This document shows, piece after piece, positions 26,210 through 39,643 of a DNA stretch of 64,000 bases. Within the stretch, counting starts at the first letter, position 1; each line of letters opens with the position of its first letter. The notes under the pieces are model-generated. The model did not search any database. It was given only the letters and a program-made list of their open reading frames with translations, and was not told where the DNA came from. The stretch comes from Eledone cirrhosa (taxonomy: Eukaryota), in assembly GCA_964016885.1 (NCBI GenBank), contig OZ024741.1, forward strand, positions 414,284,001-414,348,000. Direction: 5' to 3'. The position numbers and the translations under genes are program-made.

Positions 26210-28484
26210 CAGGAGAACATGATATGAAGGCTAAAAAACACTTGTGGATAGTGCAGTTTTAAATCAACATATGAAAAGTAGTTTTAGATTGATGTGTGAT
26301 ATTGGGAAAAATATTTTATTTAGAGAGGGGGGGGGGTGGAAAGGATGAAAAAAGGGGAGATGAGAGTGAAGGTGGAGAGGGAGAGATGGGTGATAGAGAG
26401 AAAGAGATAGTTTTTATAACTGAGAGAAGATATATTGTTTTACATAGAGAGGTTGAAAGCCGTTGAAAGATAATGTATAAATTAAAAGAATTTGAAAATT
26501 AACGAAGGGAAAAATATGTACGAGGAAAAAATATTTTATTTATAGAGGGGGGGGGGGTGGAAAGGATGAAAAAAGGGGAGGAGATGAGAGTGGAGAGGGA
26601 GAGATGGGTGATAGAGAGAAAGAGATAGTTTTTATAACTGAGAAAATATATATTGTTTTACATAGAGAGGTTGAGAACCGTTGGAAGATAATGTATAAAT
26701 TAAAAGAATTTGAAAATTAACGAAGGGAAAGAGAGGGAGTTGATATGTATTGAGATTAAAAGTTTGAAGATAGAGAGAAAAAATAATAATTGCGGATGAA
26801 TATTCTAACGTCAAAAAGGTGTATGTTTATAAGTATTATGGCAATTTCAAAATTAACGAAGAGAAAAAAAATTATTAAGGTTTGTGTGTTGAAGTTAAAG
26901 TTTGTATATTGAAGGAATTGATAATATGTGTGAAGAAAGAGTTAATATGTATTAAGATTATTAAGGTTTGTGTATTAGATGATTTGAGAAAAATAATGTG
27001 AAGTTAAGGTTTTTATATTGAAGGAATTGATAATTTGTGCGAAGAAAGAGTTAATATGTATTAAGAATGAGTTAGTTGATGGGAAGAAAAAAATATATTA
27101 TTAAGGATGAATATTCTAGCGTCAAAAGAAGGAGAGGGAGTTAATGTATTGAGATTAAAAAGTTTGATGATGGAGAGAAAAAATAATAATAATTGCGGAT
27201 GAATATTCTAACGTCAAAAAAACAAATGTATATGTTATGAAGGATTTTACAAGGTGAAGATAGAATGAGGGTAATGAGTAAACAAGTATTATAGAGTGTA
27301 TAATGCCCTTTGAAGTAAGGTAGGAAGATGGGTATATTTTAAAGAGGTGTAAGTATATGTGCCTTTGAGAAAAGATTCTAAATTGATAAAGAATTGAATA
27401 TTAGCTGTATACTTTGTGAAAAGTCCTATGGAATTTATGCAGGCAGATAGAAAACAAATCTGTACGTCTATTTATTATAGAATCTAGATTAGAGATAATG
27501 GTAAATTTTTCATTTAGGCAGAGATTACAGATTTTAGATAGAGAGCTGTTCAAGTATGAGGACGCAGAAGAAACCTTCTTCCAAAAGATGGTATATTTAA
27601 TGTTTTTGTCTTTCAAGGACCATATGAGTTCTGAGAGAGCCGTGTTGGTTCTTTTAAGTTTGTATTTAAAAGATGAATGATGATTATAGAGACGAGCTTT
27701 AAAAGAGGTGGAAGTGGAGCCAAAATAGGTGAAGGAATTGGTGCTAGTTATAACTTTACATTCATAAATTAAGTTTTTATCAAGACAATGGTTGTTGAGA
27801 GGACATTTATTTTTAATGCAGCAGTTGCAATTAGAGAGATTATTAATGAGTGACCTAGTGTTATCTATAGAAGGAATTGGATTGGAGAAGTTGTTTGCGA
27901 TAGGAATAATAGGAATAATAGTTTCTTGATTTAGAGTTGGATTATGAACATTTAGCGAAGTTGTGTTTGACGTTGTATTTGGGTTTACAGAAGTTAGCCT
28001 AGGGTTTACAATGACGTCGGGAGTACTATTACTGTTATTATGAAATTCAATGTTGGAAGGAAGAGATTTAGTATTTAGTATTTTATTGTTGTGTTTAGAG
28101 ATAATGTTGGAAATATTGGAGGATGTAGAATAAGAAAATTTGATGGTGTGTTTGTTAAATATTTTACTATAGATATGTGAGGGAGGGAAGCATTTATTTA
28201 AGGCACTAAAAAATAATTTAGGAATATTGTTATTAATAGAGATGGAGAAAGGAGCATTATACCAGATTATGTTTTTGTATCTAGGTCTTTTATTAAAATT
28301 ATTGGAATGGTCATGATTAATTATTCTACTGTAAGTTTTTCTAGAATTTGTTTCTTTACTATATTTGATTTTATCTGGATAACCGGCTTTAGAAAGTGCG
28401 TTATTATAGTAATTGGCGTTAGCATCAAAGATGTTTTTATTAGAAGATATGTTAGATATTCTATTTCCAATATTATTAACTATA

Positions 28485-29358
28485 GTGACCGAATTAGCAA
28501 CGGAGGTGGGTGCTCAGAAAGTACAATAACTAGGGTAAGAACGGGATGGAAGAAGTTTAGGGAACTACTACCACTGCTAGCTGCAAAAGGCTTCTCCCTC
28601 AAAATGAAAGGCAGACTGTATGATGCGTGTATCCGAACAGCGATGTTGCATGGTAGTGAGACCTGGGCGCTGAAGGTGGAAGACTTACGTAGATTAGAGA
28701 GAAACGAAGCCTGCATGCTCCGATGGATGTGTAACAGTAATATACGTGAACGACAAAGCATAAAGGAATTGAGAGAGAGACTGAGCATAAGAGGAATCAA
28801 ATGCTGCGTGCAGGAGAGGCGGTTACGCTGGTATGGACATGTGATGCGTATGAAGGATGACAGCTGCATAAAAAGGTGCAGAGCACTAGAAGTTGATGGC
28901 AACCGCGGAGTGGGGAGACCCAAGATGACTTGGGATGAGGTGATAAAAGCCGACCTTACCCAACTACACCTCTCAAAGTCAATGACACACGACCGTGACT
29001 TCTGGCGTCACGCAGTAATACAGGGTACCCGACCTCCCATGGGTACATGCTGAAGCATATAAACAATATGCCCCCCCCCCCCCCACCGCAAGGTGGCCGT
29101 GGAGGTGCCACGGCAAAAAAGCACCCAGCCCACACTGTAAAGTGGACGTGTAGGCGCCACGAAAAAGCACCCAGCACTCACTGTAAATGAGGTTGGTGTT
29201 AGGAAGGGCATCCAGCTGTAGAAATCAAGCCAGATCAGTTCCTGTATGAGCAAGGCATGGTCAGCCGACCAGACACTGCCCACAACAGGACAACCCGTCT
29301 AACCCATGCTAGCGTGGAAGAACGGACGTAAAACGGTGATGATGATGATGATGATGAT
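28485..29358 (+). mobile_element. RTE LINE 3' fragment nested in the Naiad ORF
   Basis: Reverse-orientation near-copy of 12840-13710; (GAT)n tail ending at 29358. Confidence 0.92.
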
Positions 29359-29624
29359 AGCATTCTTGATATTGGTAGGATGGTTAGATTTAAAGTTAAC
29401 ATAATTAAGGTTCTCATTGTTTTTATGGTAAGGGTAATATAGGCCAGTGTCAAGATTAAGAGATACATCCAAGAAATTAGCTAGTTTGATACTATTATCA
29501 AATTCAATTTTTAGGTTATGTTGGTTAAAGAGATTACGTATATTGTTCTTAATAATATTAACCTTAATATGTAAAATCTATGTTCTTAGTTAGCTTACCT
29601 ATGATCCCACTACATCTTTTATAT

Positions 29625-29698
<74 letters not shown>

Positions 29699-29715
29699 AT
29701 ATATATGTATATATG

Positions 29716-29906
<191 letters not shown>

Positions 29907-30547
29907 CTGTTGCGATTAAGAGCCAACTCCAACGAAGAAAAATTCAAGTCACTCGACCAACAGATGGACACAGAAATCTCAAAGCACTCTGAAGGCCTAC
30001 TCTACAAAAAAACCCTAAAACTTTGGAAAGAAAACTGTGAGGATGAAGAACTCACATCCCTCCAGCGATGGGAAAAAAACGCCACCTGGTTCAACAACTA
30101 TGAAATGGACTTCAAAAATGAACAACATACAGGTAACCCATTTTTAAAACAAACTAAAACCCACACACCACATGCACAACAAATAACAAAAAAAGTAACA
30201 AAACGTCCAACATGCCCCCAGCAAAACTATAACGATAATCCCAGAAACCATAGACAAAACTATAACCCTACTAACAAAAACCAAAGATCCCTGAACACAA
30301 GGCAGGACCTGATCCGCAGATCACAACCCACACAAAACCTATTCCAAAACCGTAGACCCCTGCCCACACAGAGCCTGTTCCAAAACCATAGATCCCAACC
30401 CACACAAAGGAACCAAATCTACAACCCGGACTATCAACAAACCGAACCTCAATACGTCCGAAACTTCTATACAAGACCACACAACAGGGGAAATACCATT
30501 AGATATAATAATACCAATGAAAAAACATTCCAGAAAAATCATTTTTT

Positions 30548-32850
30548 AGACCAAGGCTACAGGACTCACGACACCCGGTGGCACAAACCGATTTTGAAAA
30601 ACCGAAAATAATTAACATTTCAAATACAAACCTCTCAGCCCAACAAGTAAAAATTCTCTCCAAAGGTCTGAAATTCACACCAACACCACAATATCCTAAC
30701 CCCAATGAGATAAATGACGATATCTCACACTTCTGTAGAAAATTACGTCTCACAGAGGAATTCTTTGACAAGGAGAATAACGACGAATCAATTGTACGGA
30801 ATAAAAGCAGCTACAACCCAACAAAAGGTAGAAACAGAGTTCTGGACAAATTTTGTGACCACATAGCTACCTTCCCATACCATGAACTACCGCAACCTAA
30901 ACCCAAACCCAACACAAGTCGAAGGGAATGGGAGATTATCCATGAACTAAAAAACAATACGGACATTGTAATTAAGGAAGCGGACAAAGGAAGTACTGTT
31001 GTCATTATGGAGGCTGAAAAATATAAAAATTCTATGTTCTCTCTCTTACAAAATACTAATTACTATGAAAGAGTAAAAAACTACCAGCAATCAAAAATAA
31101 TGACCAAATTAAACACACTGATTTATCGATACCAGGAAGACCTAACTAAAAAGGAACGCGATTATTTAACAAATTTTGAATACAAAACCAGCAACCTTTA
31201 CGGACTTCCGAAGATCCACAAATGTAAAATAATCAACGATGCCTGTAAACAATCCACCTCAGCCTGCGTGAACACACAATACCCCACAGACCTTAAATTA
31301 AGACCAATTGTAGCGGGCCCACAATGTGAAACACACAGATTGAGCAACTTTATAGACATACACTACTGAAACCAATACTGAAACACATACCAAGCCTTGT
31401 AAGAGACGATCTGGACCTCTTAAACCACCTCCCCAAACATGTCAATAACGACACTATTATTGTGTCTTTCGATGTAGTGAATCTCTACACAACGATCCCA
31501 CACCAATACGGACTAGAAGCAATAGGATTCTAGCTAGAGAAATATCCCAATGAGATACCTGACAGAATAGAAAAAAGCTTCATCACCGAGGGATTAAAAT
31601 TCATCCTACAGAACAACTTTTTTGATTTCGATGGCAATACTTACAAGCAAATATCGGGGACTGCGATGGGCACAAAAGCCGCTCCAACTTATGCCAACTT
31701 AGTCATGGCATACTTAGAAGTCCAGATATATGAACAGTCCAAATCAAAATACGGATTGAACTTCCACAAATATTTATCAGAGAATTGGAAACGCTACTTG
31801 GATGATTGCCTCATTCTTTGGTCCCACACACTCGACCAACTGAAGGATTTCAAAAACTTAATAAACGGCATCAATAACCACATCCAATTCACAATGGAAT
31901 ACAGCCAAGATCAACTCCCATTTCTGGACATCTTAATCACAAAAAAAGACACAAATATCGAAACTGACATACACTACAAACCAACAGATTCCAAACAATA
32001 TCTGCTATTCACCTCCAACCATCCAAAGCACACGAAGACGAACATTCCTTTTAACCTAGCAAGAAGAATTTGCACAATTGTCTCCAATTATGAAACGCGA
32101 AATAAAAGACTTCAAGAATTAAAGGAAATTCTACTTGAGAGAGAGTACCCACTATTACTAATAAATAATGGAATAGAAAGGGCTAAAGCAATAGGCATTG
32201 ATGAATTACGGAAACAGAAACAAATTCAAGGTACGTCCAATATTCTATCATATATCTCAACACACAACCCAAGAAATGCGGAAGCTTACAACACTATTCA
32301 CAATAACATCCCACTACTAAAACAAAACCCAAGAATGAAAAAAGCCCTTGAAACACACAAAATAATCAAAAGCAAAAGACAACCAAAATCACTGAAAACA
32401 TTACTCACCAATGCCAAATTACCTACCACAAACCCACAACCAAGTATCAAAAAATGTGGTCGCTCTAATTGTGGAACCTGCACTCACCTCATTGAAGGCA
32501 ACACGTATACATTTAAATCAGGACAAAATTTTACTGTAAAAAATCACTTCACTTGCTCATCAAAAAATCTAATTTATGCCATTAAATGTAAAGGATGCAA
32601 TGAAGATTATATAGGACAAACTAAACTCACACTCAGAAACAGAATGACAGTTCATCGCCAACAATTACGAGATCCAACCACGAGACAGATACCACTAAGT
32701 GCACATCTAGACATTTGCGCAAGTAATAAGACACCCAAATTCCAAGTTTTCCCATTTTACCTTTGCGCTAACAATACAACAGAACAAATGCGAATAAATA
32801 AGGAAAATATGTTTATTCAAAAATATAGACCAACATTAAATAAGGTTTAA
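30548..32850 (+). pseudogene. PLE RT + GIY-YIG ORF with a frameshift near 31360 and a premature TAG at 31531
   Basis: ORF pieces 30578-31369 and 31666-32850 are bridged by a readable RT segment (LKPILKHIPSLVRDD...FDVVNLYT). Confidence 0.85.
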
Positions 32851-33342
32851 TATACATTATGTCAACACCACAATATGACATACACACACACACACATAAC
32901 ACCTTCTACTTTAGAAAATAAAAACCCGAACTAAATAAACCTTAACATACGTTTGCACTGGCAATACAACAGCAAACACGAAAAAGTCAGGAAAATATGT
33001 TCATTCAAAAATATTCCTACTAAAGGAATCACTTTCCTACACACACACATACACACACACACACAATATATATATATATATATATATTCTCTTCATCTTA
33101 ACATGCTAACCATACTCCCACACACATAACACCCATACACACACATAACAACCCCCACACCTACAACTCCCTCCCCATTTCTACTAATAGAACCACTTTC
33201 CTACACACATATATATATACACACACACAAAATATATATTCTCTCCATCTTAACATACTCGCACACACATAACACCCATATACACACACACACAACTCCC
33301 TCCCCCATCTCTACTAATAGAATCATCTTCCAATACACACAT

Positions 33343-33373
<31 letters not shown>

Positions 33374-33874
33374 AGCACACAAATAAACACATATCTTCAG
33401 TCTCAATAGAAAATCTGAACTCTGACAGCTGGCCATATTCACTGAACCAGAACATTTCTCCCAATCCCTTTTCCCTTGACCACTATCTCTCCATTGTCAT
33501 AACATTCACTATAAAGACTACAGAATAGTTTTCCAAATAAGGGTGCAAAAATGTAATGAAAACTTGTTCATGTGACAGCCAAATTTCATTTATAACCAAC
33601 CCAAAAAAAGCCTTCGTGAGCCTCCTTGTTTCAAGTAAAAAGAAATTCAAACACTCATATATGAAAAAACAACCTGTGACAACCCCCCCCCCCCTCTCTT
33701 ATTTGAAGAACTATTGTAACGCGAACTGGCGCGAAATTTATTATAATTATTGACAAACCAATCAAATTACTTCTCGAAAAACCTGGCTTTCGAGCCACTT
33801 TTTCCATATAAAACAAGTAACATTTAGAGACCAACCAGATATGAGAAATGACACAGACCCTCCATCTCAACTCA

Positions 33875-33912
33875 CCTTTTGAAAAGCAGAAGAACTGCGA
33901 AACCGGTAAAGG
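33875..33912 (+). ncRNA. Minimal hammerhead ribozyme, U3-A8 core variant
   Basis: cctt-TTGAAAA-gcag(aagaa)ctgc-GAAA-ccg-GTA-aagg, palindromic stem III accggt, AATAAA at 33918. Confidence 0.78.
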
Positions 33913-34534
33913 AACCAAATAAATATATATATTTTAAAAAAAAATAAGACTTCAGTTGCATTTTCGATTTCATCTCTTTTTCTTTATATATATATATATA
34001 TATATTAGTTTTGCGAGGTTTTTTATATGAAATCGTGTGTCGAAACAAATATTGTTATACTTGGGGAGGGTCATATTTGTGTAATATTGCCAGAATTAAT
34101 AACAGAACACACTCACTGTTTGGTTGGTTTTCGCTTCTCGCTTCTGTGTCTTTTATATCGGTAATCTAACTTACTCGGTCCTCAATGTTGCCATTGACTG
34201 ACCGACGGTCAAAAATAATACAGATACAATATAGACACAAACACATATATATAGTTTATCATAAATCTTTCGTTGCACATCTGCAACATCGTCAGTGGTG
34301 CTATCTTTTCCTCCTGTTGTATTGTATGTCTACGCCATTTTTATTCAGTCTGTCTATATATTTATTTATTTATTTGCTTGTTTGTTTATTTTATTTTGTC
34401 ATCTTTGCGCATGCGTTTGCGTGTGTGTATAGTGTTTTGTTTGCTGTGTGATGGGTGACTAGTGTGTGTTTATGTGCTTCTTGTTATTGTGCTTGTGTAT
34501 GTATTTATTTATTTATTTTATTTTATTTACTTAT

Positions 34535-34983
34535 TTATACTTCTCTTAGGCCAGTGTTGTTTGTTTGGGTGTTGTTGTTATTCCATTCATTCTTTCTGTT
34601 TAGTCTTGGTCTTCTAATTTCTATTTCACTGGCCTCTCTGATTTGCCTATCTGCTGGGTCATTTCTACGTTTAGATATTATTCTAATTTCTATGTTCTCT
34701 ATGTTACCGTCATGTTGTTGTCTAACATGTTCGTATAGTACTGACCCGTTTTTTCGTCCTTTTAGTTCCCCCCAGTGTTGGTCTATCCTTTCACCTATGC
34801 TACGAGCTGTCTCACCTATGTATGTTGTTGTCATGTTTCTGCAAGTACCCTCTGTACATCTTATGCTATAGACTACGTTTCTAGTTTTACAGTTTATCCG
34901 GGGGTTTACCTTACATATGATACATTTCCTATTGGTGCAGTGGGTTTTCTTAAAAGAGTAGGTTTTGCTGATCAGGGTCTCGA
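34535..34983 (-). pseudogene. GIY-YIG endonuclease fragment of a third PLE lineage
   Basis: CTNRKCIIC...CKTRNVVYSIRC...C...YIGETARSIGERIDQH...RQIREASEI...PRLN. Confidence 0.8.
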
Positions 34984-36290
34984 GATACTAAGAGGTGGAA
35001 GCGGCCTGATAAACCTCAGAACTGACTTCTTCGGGACATGCAGACACCTTAGAGCCGGGACCTTTCTCAAGATATATGGACAGTAGCAACACAAGAAGAT
35101 GTGAACTCCCCTCAAGCTATAGGGACTTCTACAGAACATGAAAACACCTCTCGGCCAGACCTCCCTCAAGCTATATGGGCAGTAACAACACCCTAGGTTG
35201 TGAACTCCCCTCAAGCCATAGGGAACAACCCAGGCTGAGCAGACACCATGATAGCCTAGAGATAGAATCGGACACAGCCATTATAATTTGGCCAACATCT
35301 ATATAACACAAACACTTTTTAATTTACTAGATTTCTGATTTTCAAGTTCCAATTTTAAATCTTGATTTCTCTTTATTAATTTGTTATTTGTTTTCTGCCC
35401 TCTTCACTGTATCACCTTATATTTATTTTTAAGTTGAGATTGATTATAACACAAACACATTTAGTTTTATTATCTCATCTTAACATCTTGTCTCATACCA
35501 ATCTATCCAACATATTCTGACCTGGAGATTGGTTATAGCACACACACACACACACTTTATCCTACATTATTTCTCACTTCTCCATATTCATTTTCATTAC
35601 TTTTTCACCAATTTTTCATTTATTCTTTATTCTTTATTCTCTATTTATTTATTTTCAAATTATACAAATTATATTAATTATTTTATTATATTATTTATTT
35701 ATTTTCTGTTTTCTTCATTTATTGCCATATAATTCTTCATATACATGGAAGAACCCCCCCCCCCCCACCACCACCACTATGATGGTGGCAGGAGGGATGA
35801 AGAAAAAACACACACTGGATACTTCTAAATTGTTAGCAGCAGCAAGATATAAGCTGACCACAACACCAACAACACTACCAAAATAATGGTAGAGGTCAAA
35901 TGTACTGAACAATAGCAAGCAAAAACACTACAGGGAGCCTCACCCCAGAAAGAATTCTATAGAGTTCTGACTGAGGAATGCTCTCAGAACTGACCAATGG
36001 GAAGTTTGACACTTTTTTTGTTATTTTGTTCCTTTAACACCTTGTCCCTTCTACCATTTTATCAATTTTTTAAGCTAACTCCAACAATAACAACACTTAG
36101 AATGAGGAATGTTCTAATAACTGACCAATGAGAGGAGAAGAGGACCTTTGATACTGAAATTCGTTTGTTTGAATTCATATGACTCCAGTTCCTCAGTGAA
36201 ATAACCCAACAAGGAACTGAGCATATCAGAGTATTGACAATATTATACACCTCAACAACATATGTACTTGTCTATACCATACTAATTCAA

Positions 36291-36345
36291 ACTGCCTGAA
36301 GAGGTCACAGCCAAAGATGGCTGTCACTGAAATATATATAGCAGT
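36291..36345 (+). ncRNA. Type I hammerhead ribozyme, canonical core, near the end of a non-coding PLE-like tail (~34990-36490)
   Basis: actgc-CTGAAGA-ggtcacagcca(aaga)tggctgtcact-GAAA-tatat-ATA-gcagt-AATAAA. Confidence 0.85.
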
Positions 36346-36504
36346 AATAAACGAAGCTAAATTTTAATCATTTGACTTTTATTTAACTTTATTTTACACT
36401 ACTCCGGAGTAACCAAACCAACCTGCGCACTTCGAGTGCTCCCGCCTGCATACTGAGGTGTTGGTATACAACCAACATAAACTCAAAATGTATATATATA
36501 TATA

Positions 36505-36896
36505 TATATTAATAAGAGGAATTCCAACTTTGTCTGATTTACTCGTTTTATTTACAATCCTTTAAAATATATAATGGTATTATAATGAAATAGTATGATA
36601 GAATATTAAATTCTAAGTGTTAATGGAACAAGTACTTTCATGCTTTCGCAATCTTCAGGTTCATAATATGTAGTGACAGTCGAGTTTGCAATTTTCAACC
36701 AGTTGAAAATTGCAAACTCGACTGTCACTACATATTATGAACCTGAAGATTGCGAAAGCATGAAAGTACTTGTTCAATTAACACTTAGAATTTAATATTC
36801 TATCATACTATTTCATTATAATACCATTATATATTTTAAAGGATTGTAAATAAAACGAGTAAATCAGACAAAGTTGGAATTCCTCTTATTAATATA
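36505..36896. repeat. Palindrome with 195-bp arms, 2-nt loop (36700-36701), one mismatch seen
   Basis: tatattaataagaggaattcc...ttttcaac-ca-gttgaaaa...ggaattcctcttattaatata. Confidence 0.95.
36738..36776 (+). ncRNA. Minimal hammerhead ribozyme in the palindrome arm (mirror copy at 36625-36663, minus strand)
   Basis: tgaac-CTGAAGA-t-tgc(gaaa)gca-t-GAAA-gta-CTT-gttca; palindromic stem III aagtactt. Confidence 0.7.
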
Positions 36897-36944
36897 ATCT
36901 TCTATACACAATCATACACACCCGTGTATATTTACCTATCTATA

Positions 36945-37016
<72 letters not shown>

Positions 37017-37823
37017 CATAAGTGTTGAGAGGTCATCAGGAAAGCATCCTGTGTCTCTACATAGTTGGTCGATGTAAGTTAAATCCGGTCGGCCAGCCCT
37101 CCTCTGACATATATAAATATGTGTATTTTGTATATCTACCGATATACGGTATGTTTATGAATAAACATTTGAAAACTTTCAGCTATGAATTTTGGAAACT
37201 GATGACATAGCGCTATCTAGCAGATTCCAGCAGAATCAAGGGCAGGTAACTGATGTAGTGCCATCTAGCAGATTCCAGCAGAAGCAAGGGCGGGTAACTG
37301 ATGATGTAGCGCCATCTAGCAGAATCCAGCAGAAGCAAGGGCGGGTAACTGATGATCATCATTGTTTCTGACTCTGGTCATTATCAAGACAGTGCTCCCT
37401 TACCCTGCCCTCTGCTGGAACTCAATATAGGAGAAAACATAGTTTTGACACCTATGTACATGGGCTGATTAGCCTCATTTGCATATAGAGCTGTCGGCCA
37501 GCTTAGCCGGAAAATATATATGAGATTCAATTCCTAATAGTGACCAATGGCAACTTCTTTTTCAGTCTTTAACCCTTTAGTGTTCAAATCGCCCGAAATT
37601 ATTTCCCCTTCATTTGTTCAAACCACCCAAAATCGCCCGAAAACACCCACACTAAAAAATCGTTCTAAAAATAAACAAACCATCATCAAAATCTTGTCAA
37701 TTTGAGACTGCTGCGAGATTAGGCCCTTACCGCAAAAATTAACACTTAATATAATGGAAAAACTTAAAACAACAAGTGTTTTTTTAACTTTGAAAGTGCA
37801 AAAAATTTTTTTTTTGTATCAAC

Positions 37824-38346
37824 ATGGCTTATGAAATTAGCGATACCGACTTTGAAGGTTTTACACATGACGACATTCAGAATAAACAAGAAACAAACGA
37901 TAATATTAGTGATTTATCTTCAAATGAATCTGATGTTTATATTTCTGAAATTTCGTCCGACGATGATTGTTGTTTTGAAAGTGAAAACGAAGGAGGTCTC
38001 CAGGGCGCCATTGAAAATATTACAGCAACGTGGTTGAAAAATACCACACCAATATATGTTCCCGAATTTATTCAAAATACTGGTCCACAACACACATTAG
38101 CTCCCGATGCTAAAGCACTGGATTATTGCTTTTTGCTTTTACCACAAACTTTCTTCGAAGTTGTGGCAGAAGAGATTAATCAATATGCCCAACAACAGAT
38201 TTCAAATCAAGGAAAACCCGATCTGTTTGGCGACCGACTGATGCTGCGGAAATGCAAGCATTTTTTACCGTAAATATTATGTTCGGTATAAAACAATTTC
38301 CAAGACTGTGGAATTACTGGAACACTGATATAAGGTTTAGTGATTC
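37824..38346 (+). pseudogene. piggyBac (PGBD-like) transposase N-terminal fragment, frameshifted, cut by an RTE
   Basis: Acidic N-terminus, W....P..PEF...TGP, LDY.FLLLP..FFEVVAEEINQYAQQ, EMQAFF...MFGIKQFPRLWNYWNTD. Confidence 0.8.
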
Positions 38347-39197
38347 AGGCAGATTGTATGATGCTTGTATACGAACAGCAATGCTACATGGTAGTGAGAC
38401 ATGGGCATTGCGTGCAGAGGACCTGCATAGACTGGAAAGGAACGAAGCATGCATGATCTGTTGGATGTGAAATAGTAATATATGTGAACGGCAAAGCATA
38501 AATGAACTAAGTGAGAAATTAGGAATAAGAGGGATCAGATGCTGTTTACTCGAGATAAGACTACGTTGGTATGGTCACGTGATGCGCATGAAAGACGACA
38601 GCTGTATAAAAAAGTGCAGGGCGATCAAAATTGATGGAAGTTACGGAGTAGGTAGACCCAGAAAAACCTGGGACGATCTGATAAATTCCAACCTTACACA
38701 CTTGCACCTCTCTAAGACAATGTCACTGGACCGAGATATTTGGCACTACGCAGTAATACAGAAGACCCGCCTTGCCTATGTACAAAGCGAAACCTACAGT
38801 CAGTAGGCACCTCTTAACCAAATATACACCCCAATCCACTACCCCTACCCTATCCTCCCACTCCCACCAACACCACCCCCTCTCTGTAAAGTTGGTACCA
38901 CAACATCCAGTCCAAATAAATGAGATAATGAGATCGAGATCGTGTAGGTGTCACGACAAAGAAACACACAGTCCACACTGTAATGTGGCCTTGTAGGTAA
39001 CACGGTAAAAAGTTCCCAGTTCCACACTGTAAATGTGGTTGGTGTTAGGAAGGGCATCCAGCCATAGAAAACCTGACAGATAGTCCTATGAGTGAAACAC
39101 GGTCACCCGACCAACCTTGCCTCAAGTGGGACAACTTGCGTCTAACCCATGCTAGTGTGGAAAGTGGACGTTAAACGAGGATGATGATGATGATGAT
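38347..39197 (+). mobile_element. RTE LINE 3' fragment inside piggyBac
   Basis: [21 protein letters not shown]...GRPRKTW, 3' UTR and (GAT)n tail. Confidence 0.9.
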
Positions 39198-39460
39198 ATC
39201 AAGTATTATGCTGAAAACAACATATTTAAAATTAAACCAGTATTTGCACCTAGTTGATACTTCAAATGCCCCTATTAATTAATTTCACCTGCCCATTAAA
39301 GTCAAATTTGACCAAAAAAAATCAGGTAAAATTATATAATTGCAAATTATTGATATTTAAACATCTACTGACAAAATTTCAAGCCTGCACATAGAAAATT
39401 AAGAAAATTACAAACAAATAAAATTGATAACACTCTTGAATATAATTAACTGAAAATAAT

Positions 39461-39643
39461 TGTTTCTACTTTTGGCACAAGGCCAGTAATTATCCCAGTG
39501 CATTACTGGTACTTTATTTTATCGACCCCGTAAGGATGAAAGGCAAAGTTAACCTCGACGGGATTTGAACTCAGACCGTAATGGGACGTAACTATGCTGG
39601 AAAACATTGCGTCCGACCCTCTACCGATACTGCCAATTCACCG
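39461..39643 (-). mobile_element. tRNA-derived SINE with a 19-bp target-site duplication
   Basis: Minus strand A box TGGCAGTATCGG, B box GAGTTCAAATCC; TSD ATAATTAACTGAAAATAAT at 39442-39460 and 39644-39662. Confidence 0.88.

Larger units (their letters stand above)
26111..29575 (-). mobile_element. 5'-truncated Naiad-type PLE, interrupted by an RTE
   Basis: Minus-strand NFLDVSLNL..SNHPTNIKNA | IVNNIGNRIS..WYNAPF..CNCCIKNKCPL..LIY..YFGST..CNLCLNE, stop at 27401; 1.3-kb tail with a ~220-bp tandem duplication (26306-26731). Confidence 0.88.

Noticed and set aside
28307-29053. Chimeric ORF as a novel fusion gene (also 13048-14235, 38252-38470)
   Set aside because: Chance read-through from flanking sequence into truncated RTE insertions
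34170-34215. Hairpin tcggtc-ctcaatg/cattga-ctgaccga as a hammerhead for the minus-strand PLE fragment
   Set aside because: Flanking core nucleotides (CUGANGA, GAAA) are not recognisable on either strand
39461-39643. tRNA genes here and at 40417-40562
   Set aside because: A/B boxes are present but run into SINE bodies, one with a TSD; no complete cloverleaf
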